Shown: positions 63,551-64,000 of the stretch, one piece after another | Numbering within the stretch: position 1 is the first letter of the stretch | Layout of the letters: every line of letters starts with the position of its first letter | NCBI GenBank assembly: GCA_965202585.1 | Contig: OZ241827.1 | Coordinates: 97,898,001 to 97,962,000 of the forward strand | Reading direction: 5' to 3' | DNA from: Thalia democratica | Taxonomy: Eukaryota | DNA length: 64,000 nt | Program-made: the position numbers and the translations under genes | Notes under the pieces: generated by a model | Seen by the model: only the letters and a program-made list of their open reading frames with translations | What the model was told of the DNA's origin: nothing | Database searches by the model: none

Positions 63551-64000
63551 AAACATAATAAAATAAATATTAGAAAAACAATGTTAATCGAAACAGTTCA
63601 AACTTAATCAAAAAAAAGTTAACCATCACCACACAGTTGCAAAGTAATATTATGGTATACGTTTTGTTCAAATAACAATTTTAACAAATCTATTTTTTTC
63701 ATTTAAAATTTTTTTTCAAAGCATAATTGTATGCTTTTGTAACTATGAATTTTTAATATTTATAGTTTAGTCATAAAACAAGTTAGTATAAAAAAAACAA
63801 CGTAGTATATATTACTTTACTCAGGTTTTTGCATTTAATAAAGAAGGCCTTAAGAAAGTATTTGAAGACTTTTAAATAGTAACTTTTTTCAAAAAATAAA
63901 ATTTATTTGCATAAAACTATGAAACCTTAAAACTTAGTAGTGATACAATAACAAAGTTCCAAACTTTTTGATGAACGTTTTTTAAGTGTATTCATACTTA

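Noticed and set aside
1-64000. tRNA, rRNA, snRNA or spliced-leader RNA genes
   Set aside because: No cloverleaf with A/B boxes, rRNA signature or Sm-site RNA recognised by eye; an Infernal/tRNAscan run would be needed to exclude divergent ones.

Overview
Very AT-rich metazoan DNA with no recognisable intact host gene. The composition and transposon types suggest Hydra or a similar cnidarian (inference). Main contents: (1) a 4.4-kb LTR element (2911-7292) with a 5-bp target-site duplication, no pol, and a Gag-like frame that runs in frame, across one stop codon, into a Y-box-type cold-shock domain, plus a decayed sister element upstream; (2) an internally deleted Gypsy element on the minus strand (52748-55712) with ~104-bp LTRs and a primer-binding site complementary to its own LTR, as in Tf1 self-priming; (3) a LINE ORF1 pseudogene split by a hAT MITE; (4) two Penelope-like repeat fragments carrying minimal hammerhead ribozymes; (5) a ~6.8-kb inverted duplication, two smaller fold-back palindromes and a ~1.49-kb tandem array. 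Through the otherwise featureless AT-rich DNA, about 30 copies of an unexplained ~120-bp bipartite module recur roughly every 2 kb. Each has a short stem-loop (AAACTGC-N5-GCAGTACAAA or ACCAC-N6-9-GTGGTACAAA) about 98 bp from a CRE/ATF-like TTACGTCA, with largely unrelated sequence between and around them. All coordinates and counts were read by eye; no database searches were run.
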